From a virus (lineage: Duplodnaviria > Caudoviricetes), in IMG/VR virus record IMGVR_UViG_3300007171_000004, positions 64,001 to 128,000 of that record: a stretch of 64,000 bases of DNA; one strand, written 5' to 3'. Below are positions 9,001-17,066 of this stretch, piece after piece. A model generated the notes under the pieces. It had not been told where the DNA came from and did not search any database. It was given only the letters and a program-made list of their open reading frames with translations. Both the position numbers and the translations under genes were made by a program. Each line of letters starts with the position of its first letter. Positions within the stretch are counted from its first letter, which is position 1.

Positions 9001-10972
9001 TATTCATATCATTCCAAATATAGGTAAAAGTGCTACATATAAAACTGTCATTATTCATACCAGTAATGTTTCAAATGAATCTTCCTGTCCTTCAACAATT
9101 GATGGATACTCAGTTCTTGAAAACGATACAGTATTTTTAGCAGCTCAAGCTTTAGGTCCAACAATCCCACTTTCAGGCGTTTACAATTATGGATTTGGCC
9201 CTTATGTGATGAATTTGGTGAGAGATTCAAGTTACACAGCAATAGCCCCAATAGAAGTTACTGTAGGTGGTTCAACAGTTTACAGATCTTACTATGATCC
9301 TGCAAGTACTGTTTTAGGCACGAGCAATATTGAATTTCTAGCTTCTGCATCATTAACAGACAAAACAGTAAGAGTTGGCTCCACTACTAATATCACACCC
9401 TCAACACCACCTTCTGTAATTGATACTGTAACATTAGCAGTTGGAGATTTAGTACTTCTCAAAAATCAATCTACTGCTACACAAAACGGAATTTATTTAT
9501 ATGACCAAATTGATAGCTATAATTTAACAAGAGCTACAGATTTAGACAATGCTTCTGAAATTTATCCATTTTCGACTGTTAATATGAACAATAATGGATT
9601 TATCAGAAAATATGAACTTTGTGTACCTAATGGATATGGATCTTATGTTTTAGGAACAACTGCTATTGATTTAAAAGATATTACAACAGAAACTCTTTAT
9701 TCTAATCATGCTAATGTTCTTTCAGCTTCTAATATAGCATCTTTAACTGCCGGGGTTTCAGATACTATTGACAGCATAGATTTAACTTTAGAAACAAATC
9801 CATATATTCTTTTATCTGGACAAACAACATCATCTGAACGCTCTGTAAGATTATTTGAGAGAGGCGCAAAGCAAGTAGTATTATCTAGGGTTACAACTGG
9901 AAATGTTACACCTGATCAATTCTCTATAGAACCTTCTCAAGTTACTGTAACATCTTCTGCATCAGGACAAAATGTTTCTTGGGAATTATATTTTGATTCT
10001 GCAGCAACGACCGTGGGAACATCTAATAACTACTGGATGAGATCTAATACATGGGCTAGTAATTTTGCAAATGTAGATACAACCTCTTCTACAAACATCG
10101 ATTTAACTTTAGCAGCTTCTGGGACTTTAAATGGAGTGGCTATAACTGAAAATTTAAGAATATTAATTAAAGCACAGACAACAGGATCTGAAAACGGTAT
10201 TTATAAAGTTGGATATCAAAGAACTTTAAAATTAATTAGACATGAAAGAATGAATGAAACTTCTGATCTAAATGCCCTTCTTAGAGTACAAGTTTTAGAA
10301 GGCTCATTAAATGCTAATAAATATTTTGGAATTTGGATGCCGACAAGTTCTCCAGTTCTTAATTCTACAAGCATTTATTGGGTAGAACAAGGGAGTAATT
10401 TAAGGCTAAACAATTGTAAAGTAGCTACAACAACTGCAGTATCTAATCTTACTACAGCTGCTCCTTTAAGTGTTGATGGTGTTTCTTTAGCCTATGGTGA
10501 CAGAGTACTAGTAAAAAATCAAGCTTCAGCAATTCAAAATGGTGTATATTTTGTTGATAATCCAGGCACAGGAAGTAATGGTAGATGGCTAAGAGTTACA
10601 GAAATGGATTCTAACTCTGAAATATATCCTGGAATTGTGGTAGGAATTGATTTAGGTACTGTTAATGCTGGCAAAGAATTTATGATTTCATTACCTCAGC
10701 CAGCTGAAAGTCAACCATATTACACAATTGGCTCATCAAATATCAACTGGACTGAAGGGAATGGATTTGGTTCTTATAACACACATCCTAGTTTATGGAA
10801 CGATTTCCCAACATCTCTTAGTACAGCTATTCCTCTTGGTAAAGCTATCTTAAATAAAGCAAACGAAGCGAAAGCTACAAGAATCGGAATTGCAGCATAT
10901 ATTCCTAATGGACAATCTGCTGGACTAGTTAGAAACATAAAATTTATTACACAATACAAGCCTTCTCTTTAA
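6014..10972 (+). CDS. Large repeat-rich virion structural protein (about 1652 aa), probably tail or fibre associated
   Basis: About 12 copies of a GDR[IV]L[VL]KxQ...xNG[IL]Y unit, e.g. NNRILVKDQWVNPSQNGIY, GDLVLLKNQSTATQNGIY, GDRVLVKNQASAIQNGVY. Thr/Ser/Asn/Gly-rich. First ATG is at 6014. Confidence 0.75.
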   Translation: MSQAFIWTELDNVNGTTVINPEIPYVDFGNFQASLYSDKKIVQLKWINSNVEDIKLWIDTYIADVYRDANTKKPELRQNIYNLGYRIKYCLLDSIEPITLPAARAISLTNLPNFSSNVIDQVKDTHDGVTLNVGDNILVASQTTKTENGLYTVDLAYPNSTFKYNLIEEPIQRGRIVNVVNASATDNGKSYFMYANDTATEKGPGSTSNYVAGLSVKWIERTTRRTLTNCVATTTLINKTTNSITDFNNAPTSLDGQTLALNNRILVKDQWVNPSQNGIYSVTQLYAPNTNKVTIDSRTNFINSAIDSQKRVGINILKGTTYGGKTFRYYSSGAQSSTTLNWTDATAYFSSTITVKISISSGFGTWSPTSITSAPNVISGVSLINGDVILVRSTTNEWQNGIYTVQTAGTGSDGIWVRHTSFDTTAEIVPTIVYLTNGTNSFGGNFYYMTRKNESFSFLLNSFNTKGEIAVYDRLLYPFRYQDCSNRIIENVNLAGAVSEKKFEFSNIQNGQRVIVNSQTTKGQNGIYTTTFASSANELVYSNEYTIKRGMYATITSGSQATKKYLLYAPGTSEVPGSANITWIDYSTPTALTGRIASIDNLTGYTSGNFNNVTTSIGGIAVKDFLNNDKILLRSQTNKNENGLYRVNGAPTPGSSVLTRNAAWENLGTAGGFSRIAVEQMKGTNHGRVYLKYTSQYNNQSITPFSSNGLITSLPYLSATVGYYYIGAAFSSGGTSFTDGFGILRSISNLDTILVKNTTNPHLSGIYVNNAGVWTRNVPYDTAFTFQIPTKVNITNAPTLTHKYMTAKKGVGTSNTSFTLNNATTGIINIYDDILGAGENIVSVNGTNRNFGYISIDRLQDCKYTVILEINEQFDYDVNNVNVQLPISKLIGSGTPNYGDRVLVVFAYGGDINATTPLAGNVAGVYVFTGTEVINGVGGFASLEKLPNTNANDENIFRIGTSLKAPYSDALYGGIDFTYTNYNPEIEWYCVSSSGNIHIIPNIGKSATYKTVIIHTSNVSNESSCPSTIDGYSVLENDTVFLAAQALGPTIPLSGVYNYGFGPYVMNLVRDSSYTAIAPIEVTVGGSTVYRSYYDPASTVLGTSNIEFLASASLTDKTVRVGSTTNITPSTPPSVIDTVTLAVGDLVLLKNQSTATQNGIYLYDQIDSYNLTRATDLDNASEIYPFSTVNMNNNGFIRKYELCVPNGYGSYVLGTTAIDLKDITTETLYSNHANVLSASNIASLTAGVSDTIDSIDLTLETNPYILLSGQTTSSERSVRLFERGAKQVVLSRVTTGNVTPDQFSIEPSQVTVTSSASGQNVSWELYFDSAATTVGTSNNYWMRSNTWASNFANVDTTSSTNIDLTLAASGTLNGVAITENLRILIKAQTTGSENGIYKVGYQRTLKLIRHERMNETSDLNALLRVQVLEGSLNANKYFGIWMPTSSPVLNSTSIYWVEQGSNLRLNNCKVATTTAVSNLTTAAPLSVDGVSLAYGDRVLVKNQASAIQNGVYFVDNPGTGSNGRWLRVTEMDSNSEIYPGIVVGIDLGTVNAGKEFMISLPQPAESQPYYTIGSSNINWTEGNGFGSYNTHPSLWNDFPTSLSTAIPLGKAILNKANEAKATRIGIAAYIPNGQSAGLVRNIKFITQYKPSL

Positions 10973-11001
10973 AGGAGAAGGAAACATCAAACTGACAAAT
11001 G

Positions 11002-11007
11002 TATAAT
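11002..11007 (+). promoter_or_regulatory. Candidate -10 box (TATAAT) for the 11041 gene
   Basis: TATAAT in a 68-nt intergenic gap; no canonical -35 at 17 nt. Confidence 0.35.
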
Positions 11008-11040
11008 TAATTCAAGGAACATTTTGCTGGGAGTTTTTAT

Positions 11041-11499
11041 ATGCACTCTATTGAATCAGAACTACACAAATTATTAGACGACATTGCACCTGATGCACAT
11101 GATATTAATGAGAAAGCGATTATTGTTGCAGAAGCTTCAGCAATGTTCAATAAGTCTCTTTCAAAAATGACAAAGACAGCTACAAAGAATATTAGATTAG
11201 TAGAATCAAAAATGACAGATGCAATTTTATGCGCAATGTCTTTGGTTAATAATCATGATGAATTTTCTGATGATATCGTTCTTGCTGCAAATCTTTCACC
11301 TGAGCAAATTATCCGCAAGGCTTCACAAACTAAAAGCTCATTCGAGGGTATGCATATTATCAACCCAGATCTTTTAGAAAATTTATTATCTGAAGAAGAA
11401 GAACCAGTTGTTTTATTAGACGATACACATCATGAAACATCTGGTTTTCATACTCCTGGACGTGGTAAAGTTTGGTCTGATTCACTCTCAAGAAACTAA
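11041..11499 (+). CDS. Hypothetical protein (152 aa)
   Basis: ORF with GGGAG upstream; acidic C-terminus. Confidence 0.75.
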   Translation: MHSIESELHKLLDDIAPDAHDINEKAIIVAEASAMFNKSLSKMTKTATKNIRLVESKMTDAILCAMSLVNNHDEFSDDIVLAANLSPEQIIRKASQTKSSFEGMHIINPDLLENLLSEEEEPVVLLDDTHHETSGFHTPGRGKVWSDSLSRN

Positions 11500-11500
11500 C

Positions 11501-12097
11501 ATGAAATTCAATAAGCTTGCTCAATTGCCTGGAATGGATATGGGGATGCCTCCTATGGGTGGTCCTCCAACTGCCCCTATGGCTGCACCTGGTGGTGCTC
11601 CAGCAGCTACTACAAGAGAAGAAATTGGTTCCCCTCTTAGAGAACTTGGACAGATTTTATATGATGTTGATATTGAAACTCTACTTTCTCAAAAAATAGG
11701 TTCAGATTCATCTAAGGTTGCTCAAGATATTTGGGTTATGTATGGTGGTAATATTTTAGGTGGTATCGACGAAGATAAAGTTGGTAAAAGAACTGATCGT
11801 CAAAATGTATCCCCTGAAGATGAAGAATCAGAACAAGAAAAAACTGAAGACTCCAGATGGGAAAGATTACCTGAAGGAGAATCAATTGCTGATATCACTT
11901 CCCTTGATGAGTTAGAAGCTACAGTCAAAGGAATTGCTTCAGATATTGCTGCCAAGAAGAAAAAAGAACAAGCTGGTGGTGGAGCTGGAGGCGGTATGCC
12001 AATGGCTTCTGTAAAACTTCAATTAATCAAATTAGCAGAAAGATATGATCAGGCAGGAAGATATTCATTCGCAGACATATTAGAAAAGCCGTTTTAA
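11501..12097 (+). CDS. Hypothetical low-complexity protein (198 aa), possible head-internal protein
   Basis: ATG 11501 lies 1 nt after the upstream stop; the track's 11432 start overlaps the previous gene. Met/Gly/Pro-rich N-terminus, acidic core, C-terminal LIKLAERYDQAGRYSFADILE. Confidence 0.7.
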   Translation: MKFNKLAQLPGMDMGMPPMGGPPTAPMAAPGGAPAATTREEIGSPLRELGQILYDVDIETLLSQKIGSDSSKVAQDIWVMYGGNILGGIDEDKVGKRTDRQNVSPEDEESEQEKTEDSRWERLPEGESIADITSLDELEATVKGIASDIAAKKKKEQAGGGAGGGMPMASVKLQLIKLAERYDQAGRYSFADILEKPF

Positions 12098-12130
12098 GCT
12101 AAAAGTTATCAATTTTTCCCACTTTTAGGG

Positions 12131-12165
12131 TATAATGCTGTGGTATTACATCACAGCATTTTTTT
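12131..12165 (+). terminator. Terminator-like hairpin overlapping a TATAAT box upstream of gyrB
   Basis: TATAAT at 12131-12136; stem AATGCTGTG (12134-12142) / CACAGCATT (12152-12160), followed by TTTTT. Confidence 0.65.
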
Positions 12166-12184
12166 ATGCCAAAAGGAAAGATTT

Positions 12185-14311
12185 ATGGCCAATCAATATA
12201 ATGAAGATTCGATTCAGATTCTTGAAAGTCAAGAAGCTGTTCGTACTCGCCCTGCCATGTACATTGGTGACACTGGTAAAAAGGGTCTGCACCATCTTGT
12301 ATGGGAAATTTTAGACAATTCAGTTGACGAGCATATGGCTGGTCATTGTTCAAAAATTGATGTTATTGTATCTAAAGATAATAGATCTGTCACAATTATT
12401 GATAATGGACGTGGAATTCCTGTAGCAATTAAGCAAGAAGATCCAAAGAAGCGTTCTACTCTTGAGATTGTATTAACAGAGCTTCATGCAGGTGGAAAGT
12501 TTGGTGATGATGGTTCTGGATATGAAGCATCTGGTGGTCTACATGGTGTCGGTGCTTCCTGTGTAAACTTTCTTTCCTTAAGACTTGATGCAGAAGTATC
12601 CCGTGACAAGAAGAAGTATTCGCTTAGTTTTGATCGTGGAATTCCTGCATCTGGAGTAACTGAAACTGGTACTTCAACTTCAACAGGAACTAAAATTACT
12701 TTCACTCCAGACTATAACATTTTTGGTCAATTTGCAGTGGAAGATGCATTCCGTGAGCATTTGATTGATGATTTCGAGATTGATGAAGTTTTTGCTGAAT
12801 GTTCTGGTAAATGGCGCAAAGCTTTAATTAATGGTGAAGTTAACGGTGCTATTTTCTATGATATTTTTAAGCCAACAAATACTAGTGAACAATCTTTAGA
12901 TATTATTTACAAAATTTGGAATAAGCGGTCGAATGATAATATTCAATTTGATGAGCATGTTCTATTACGCCGTCTTCGTGAAACTGCATATCTTAATGGT
13001 GGATTGAAGATTGTTTATGAGAATAAGCACACTGGAACTAAAGAAGAATTTTACTTTGAAGGTGGGATTGCTGATTATGTCTCTTATCTAGCGTCTTCCC
13101 GTTCAAACTTATATCCTTCTAAGCCATTTTTCTTTGATAATAAGAGTGGAAAGATTAATGTTCAGGTTGCATTTCAATATGGTGATGAAGATGAAGAAAC
13201 AATCTATACCTATGCAAATAATATTTATACCCTTGACGGTGGCACTCATCTTAGTGGCTTCAAAACATCTATCACAAGAGTAGTAAATCAATTTGCTCGT
13301 AGCTCTGGTGTTCTTAAAGAAAAGGATGCTAATCTCACAGGCGAAGATATACGAGATGGAATTATTGCAATTATTTCTGTCAGACTTCCACAACCTCAAT
13401 TTGAAGGACAGACAAAGGGTAAACTCGGCTCTCAAGAAGTTGAAGGTGTTGTAAATAGACTCTTTTCTGAAGCTGTCGTTGAGTATTTTGAGAAGAATCC
13501 AAATATTGTTAAGCTTATTGCAGAAAGAGCTTTACGTTCAGCTAAGGCAAGAGCAGCTGCAAAGAAAGCATCTGAGAATATTAAGAGACAGAGCTTTTTG
13601 GGTCGTTCAGGTTCTTTGCCCGGAAAATTGTCTGATTGTAATTCTGAAGACAATGTAAATACTGAACTATTTATCGTGGAAGGCGATAGCGCAGCGGGTT
13701 CGAGCAAATTTGGAAGAGACCCAGAATTTCAAGCTGTCATGCCTATTCGTGGAAAAATCATCAATCCTGAGAAGAATGATTATGCTAGATTAATGCAAAA
13801 TGAAGAAGTTTCATCTATCATTTCTGCCCTTGGAACTGGAATTAGAGAAGATTTTAAGATTGAAGATTTAAGATATGGCAAGATTGTTATTATGACTGAT
13901 GCTGATGATGATGGAGCTCATATTGCAGCGCTTCTCATGACATTCTTCTATCGTTTTATGCGTCCTCTTGTTCTTGCTGGTAAACTATACATTGCAAAAC
14001 CACCCCTCTATCGTGTTAATGTAAAATCGCAAAAATATTACATACATTCCGATGAAGAACTTGATTCGTATCGTAAGAAGTATGGTGATAAAATTGAGGT
14101 AACTCGTTTTAAGGGTCTAGGTGAAATGGATGGAGATGAATTAGGTCATACTACAATGGAAATTGGCACAAGACAAATTATTCAAGTAGCTGTGGAAGAT
14201 GCAGAAGAAGCATCTAAGTTGTTATCGGTATTGATGGGTAGTGAAGTTGCTCCACGTAAAGAGCACATTATTAAGAAGTCCCAAGAAAGGGCTTTAGCTG
14301 AGGAAGTATGA
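12185..14311 (+). CDS. gyrB: DNA gyrase subunit B (708 aa) with an approximately 70-aa insertion in the ATPase domain
   Basis: EAVRTRPAMYIG, EILDNSVDE, DNGRGIP, GGLHGVGASCVN, TOPRIM EGDSAAG, PIRGKI, IMTDADDDGAHI, TRFKGLGEM. AAGGA SD before ATG 12185. Confidence 0.97.
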   Translation: MANQYNEDSIQILESQEAVRTRPAMYIGDTGKKGLHHLVWEILDNSVDEHMAGHCSKIDVIVSKDNRSVTIIDNGRGIPVAIKQEDPKKRSTLEIVLTELHAGGKFGDDGSGYEASGGLHGVGASCVNFLSLRLDAEVSRDKKKYSLSFDRGIPASGVTETGTSTSTGTKITFTPDYNIFGQFAVEDAFREHLIDDFEIDEVFAECSGKWRKALINGEVNGAIFYDIFKPTNTSEQSLDIIYKIWNKRSNDNIQFDEHVLLRRLRETAYLNGGLKIVYENKHTGTKEEFYFEGGIADYVSYLASSRSNLYPSKPFFFDNKSGKINVQVAFQYGDEDEETIYTYANNIYTLDGGTHLSGFKTSITRVVNQFARSSGVLKEKDANLTGEDIRDGIIAIISVRLPQPQFEGQTKGKLGSQEVEGVVNRLFSEAVVEYFEKNPNIVKLIAERALRSAKARAAAKKASENIKRQSFLGRSGSLPGKLSDCNSEDNVNTELFIVEGDSAAGSSKFGRDPEFQAVMPIRGKIINPEKNDYARLMQNEEVSSIISALGTGIREDFKIEDLRYGKIVIMTDADDDGAHIAALLMTFFYRFMRPLVLAGKLYIAKPPLYRVNVKSQKYYIHSDEELDSYRKKYGDKIEVTRFKGLGEMDGDELGHTTMEIGTRQIIQVAVEDAEEASKLLSVLMGSEVAPRKEHIIKKSQERALAEEV

Positions 14312-16833
14312 GAAAAAGTAAAAACAATACAGTAGAAATTAGTAGCGCTGTAGATAATGTTCTTGTGAAAGAATTTACAGAACTTATCGACGAGCGGTTT
14401 ACTAATTACGCTTTCGCTGTCATGGAAGATCGTGCATTGCCAGACGGAAGGGATGGTCTTAAGCCATCCCAACGCCGTACTCTTGTTGCTATGGATGATT
14501 TGAGTCTTCGTTCATCTGGTAAAACTAAGAAATGTGCTAAGATTTGCGGTGATGTTTCTGGTAATTATCACCCTCATGGAGAAGCAGTAATTTACCCTAC
14601 TCTTGTTCGCATGGCTCAAGAGTGGTCGTTACGCTATCCATTAATTCATCCTCAAGGAAACTTTGGATCTCCCGCACCAGAAGATAAATCGGCTCAGATG
14701 CGTTATACGGAGGCTAAACTCTCTACATTTGGTGATTACATGGTTTCGGAACTTTCGAATCAAGTTGTAGATTATATTCCTAACTACAATGATGAAATGA
14801 TGGAACCTAATGTCCTTCCTTCTCTTCTTCCAAACCTTATCGTCAATGGTTGTTCTGGTATTGCAGTTGGTTGGGCAACTAATATGGCTCCTCATAACCT
14901 TAGAGAAACAGCTAATCTAATTGCAGCATATATCAAGAATCAAAATCTTACTATCGATGAAATGCTTGAAATTATGCCTGGACCAGATTTTCCATTAAAG
15001 TGTAAGATTCTTGGGTCTGATGGAATTAGAAATTATTACACTAATGGTAGAGGTTCATTTCTTCTTGAGGGCTATCACACAATTGAGCAAGAGAAGAATG
15101 GTCAATGCTATATCAAAATTGTAAATCTTCCTTATGGTGGTTCTGCAGAGGGTTTTTGTCGTGAGATTAAAGAACTTGTTGAATCCCGAAAAATCGAGGG
15201 CATCACTAACCTTAAAAATCTGACAAATAAGAAGGGTATGGATGTAAGAGTTTGGGTTCATAAGTCTGCTAATGTAAATGTAGTCTTAAATTTAATCTTG
15301 AAGCATACGTGTCTTAGAACTAACTTTTCTGTAAATACCACTGTCCTATTAGATGGCAAAAAAGTAGTTGAAAATGTACCTATGCTTAAACTCGTAGAAA
15401 CATTTGTAAATCACCGAAAAGATGTCATAACACGTAAGTTTAATGCTGAATTATTTAAGAACAACAAGCGTATTCATATCTTAGAGGGTCTTATTGGAAT
15501 CACTTCTAAGATTGATGCTGTTATTAAGTTGATTCGTAATGCTGATAACAAGGAAGTTGCACAATCTGAACTTGTTTCTCAGGGATTTGTTTCTACTAAT
15601 GATCAAGCAGAAGCAGTATTGAGAATTACATTAGGTAATCTTACAAAGCTTGACACAGACTCTATGAATGATGAATTTGATAAGCTTGTGAAGAGAAATA
15701 CTTATCTTAATGAAATTCTTGGATCTGAGCGAAGACTTTTGAATTTGATTTCTAAGGAACAATTAGATTTAGCAGAAAAGATTGGAGATGATAGACGCTG
15801 TGAAATTATCTCTACTGTATTTGCCATGTCTAACGAAGAGCTTATTAAGGAAGAATCTATTGTAGTTTCTCTTACTAAGGATGGTTATATCAAGAGAGTT
15901 CCTTTAAATACTTATCGTGCTCAAAATCGTGGTGGCAAGGGTGTAATTGGTGTAAAGTCTCGTGAAGAGGATGAAGCTTCTAGTTTGTTCTTTGGCTCAA
16001 CTCATGATTACTTTATGTTCTTCACGAAGCAGGGAAACCTTTATAAGAAGAAGGGCTATGATTTACCTTTGGGATCAAGAACATCTAAGGGAATTCATAT
16101 CAACAATCTTTTGGAGCTTTCTGAGGGTGATGATCTTGCCTGTACCATGACCTTAAAGAGTCTTGATGTAGATGGGTATTTCTTGATGTCTACTAAGAAT
16201 GGATTAGTTAAGAAGAGTGAGATTCGTGATTATAATATTAATTTGCGAAAGAAGGGCACTAAAGCTATTGGAATTGTCGAAGGAGATGAATTAGCATTTA
16301 TTTCGATGACTGATGGAAACTCTGATATCATGTTTATCACTTCTAATGGTCTAGCTGCGAGATATTCAGAAGATGTTATCAAGGTATCTGGTAAAAACTC
16401 TCAGGGTTGCAAGGCTATGGTTCTTAAGGATGGCGATTGCTTATCTTCTATGATTTCGTTTGATAAGAATCATGACCCATCTGTTTTGGTGATATCTTCT
16501 ACTGGATATGGCAAGAGAACTGATGCTTCTGAATATCGAAGTGGGTCTGGAAGAAATATTCGTGGATTAAAGACCATTGATACAAATTCCCCTAAGGTTG
16601 GCAAGATTGTTAGTGCTTTAGCTGTTGCAGAAGATGATGAATTCTTGATTCTCACTGGCAAGGGATTGATTCAAAGAGTCCGTGTTAGTGATTTAAGATT
16701 GAAGGGCAGAGCTGGTTCTGGTATAAAAATTATATCTCTTAATGATGGTGATAATATCCAATCTGTTATAAAGGTTGATAAATCAGAGGAAATTGAGGAT
16801 ATGAATGAAGAAAATAGAGAGGTAAATGTATGA
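14308..16833 (+). CDS. gyrA: DNA gyrase subunit A (841 aa)
   Basis: DRALPDGRDGLKPSQRR, YHPHG, catalytic MRYTE, GyrA-box QNRGGKG, C-terminal pinwheel repeats and an acidic tail. ATGA overlap with gyrB. Confidence 0.97.
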   Translation: MRKSKNNTVEISSAVDNVLVKEFTELIDERFTNYAFAVMEDRALPDGRDGLKPSQRRTLVAMDDLSLRSSGKTKKCAKICGDVSGNYHPHGEAVIYPTLVRMAQEWSLRYPLIHPQGNFGSPAPEDKSAQMRYTEAKLSTFGDYMVSELSNQVVDYIPNYNDEMMEPNVLPSLLPNLIVNGCSGIAVGWATNMAPHNLRETANLIAAYIKNQNLTIDEMLEIMPGPDFPLKCKILGSDGIRNYYTNGRGSFLLEGYHTIEQEKNGQCYIKIVNLPYGGSAEGFCREIKELVESRKIEGITNLKNLTNKKGMDVRVWVHKSANVNVVLNLILKHTCLRTNFSVNTTVLLDGKKVVENVPMLKLVETFVNHRKDVITRKFNAELFKNNKRIHILEGLIGITSKIDAVIKLIRNADNKEVAQSELVSQGFVSTNDQAEAVLRITLGNLTKLDTDSMNDEFDKLVKRNTYLNEILGSERRLLNLISKEQLDLAEKIGDDRRCEIISTVFAMSNEELIKEESIVVSLTKDGYIKRVPLNTYRAQNRGGKGVIGVKSREEDEASSLFFGSTHDYFMFFTKQGNLYKKKGYDLPLGSRTSKGIHINNLLELSEGDDLACTMTLKSLDVDGYFLMSTKNGLVKKSEIRDYNINLRKKGTKAIGIVEGDELAFISMTDGNSDIMFITSNGLAARYSEDVIKVSGKNSQGCKAMVLKDGDCLSSMISFDKNHDPSVLVISSTGYGKRTDASEYRSGSGRNIRGLKTIDTNSPKVGKIVSALAVAEDDEFLILTGKGLIQRVRVSDLRLKGRAGSGIKIISLNDGDNIQSVIKVDKSEEIEDMNEENREVNV

Positions 16834-17066
16834 GTGAAGATGTAAAACCTGAAGATGTAATTTACCATCTTGAGGCTGACACACCAGTGTTGACACAAAC
16901 TGAATATTGTGTAAAATATACTGGCGATTACAAAGCTTTAGATTTGGTAGAGGTATATCTTCAAAGAGATAATACACAATTTCCTATAGCTGCTTTTCCT
17001 GCATTTTTTGTAGCTACTGGAAAACATACACTGGAAGAGATGGATGGCAACAACACAAGCGTTTGA
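16830..17066 (+). CDS. Hypothetical protein (78 aa) bridging gyrA and the structural array
   Basis: ATGA overlap with gyrA, GAGG SD, 23-nt overlap with the next gene. Confidence 0.7.
   Translation: MSEDVKPEDVIYHLEADTPVLTQTEYCVKYTGDYKALDLVEVYLQRDNTQFPIAAFPAFFVATGKHTLEEMDGNNTSV

Noticed and set aside
12725-12946. Intein or intron in gyrB (and in the helicase insert)
   Set aside because: The frame is continuous, with no splice-junction residues or homing endonuclease motifs.
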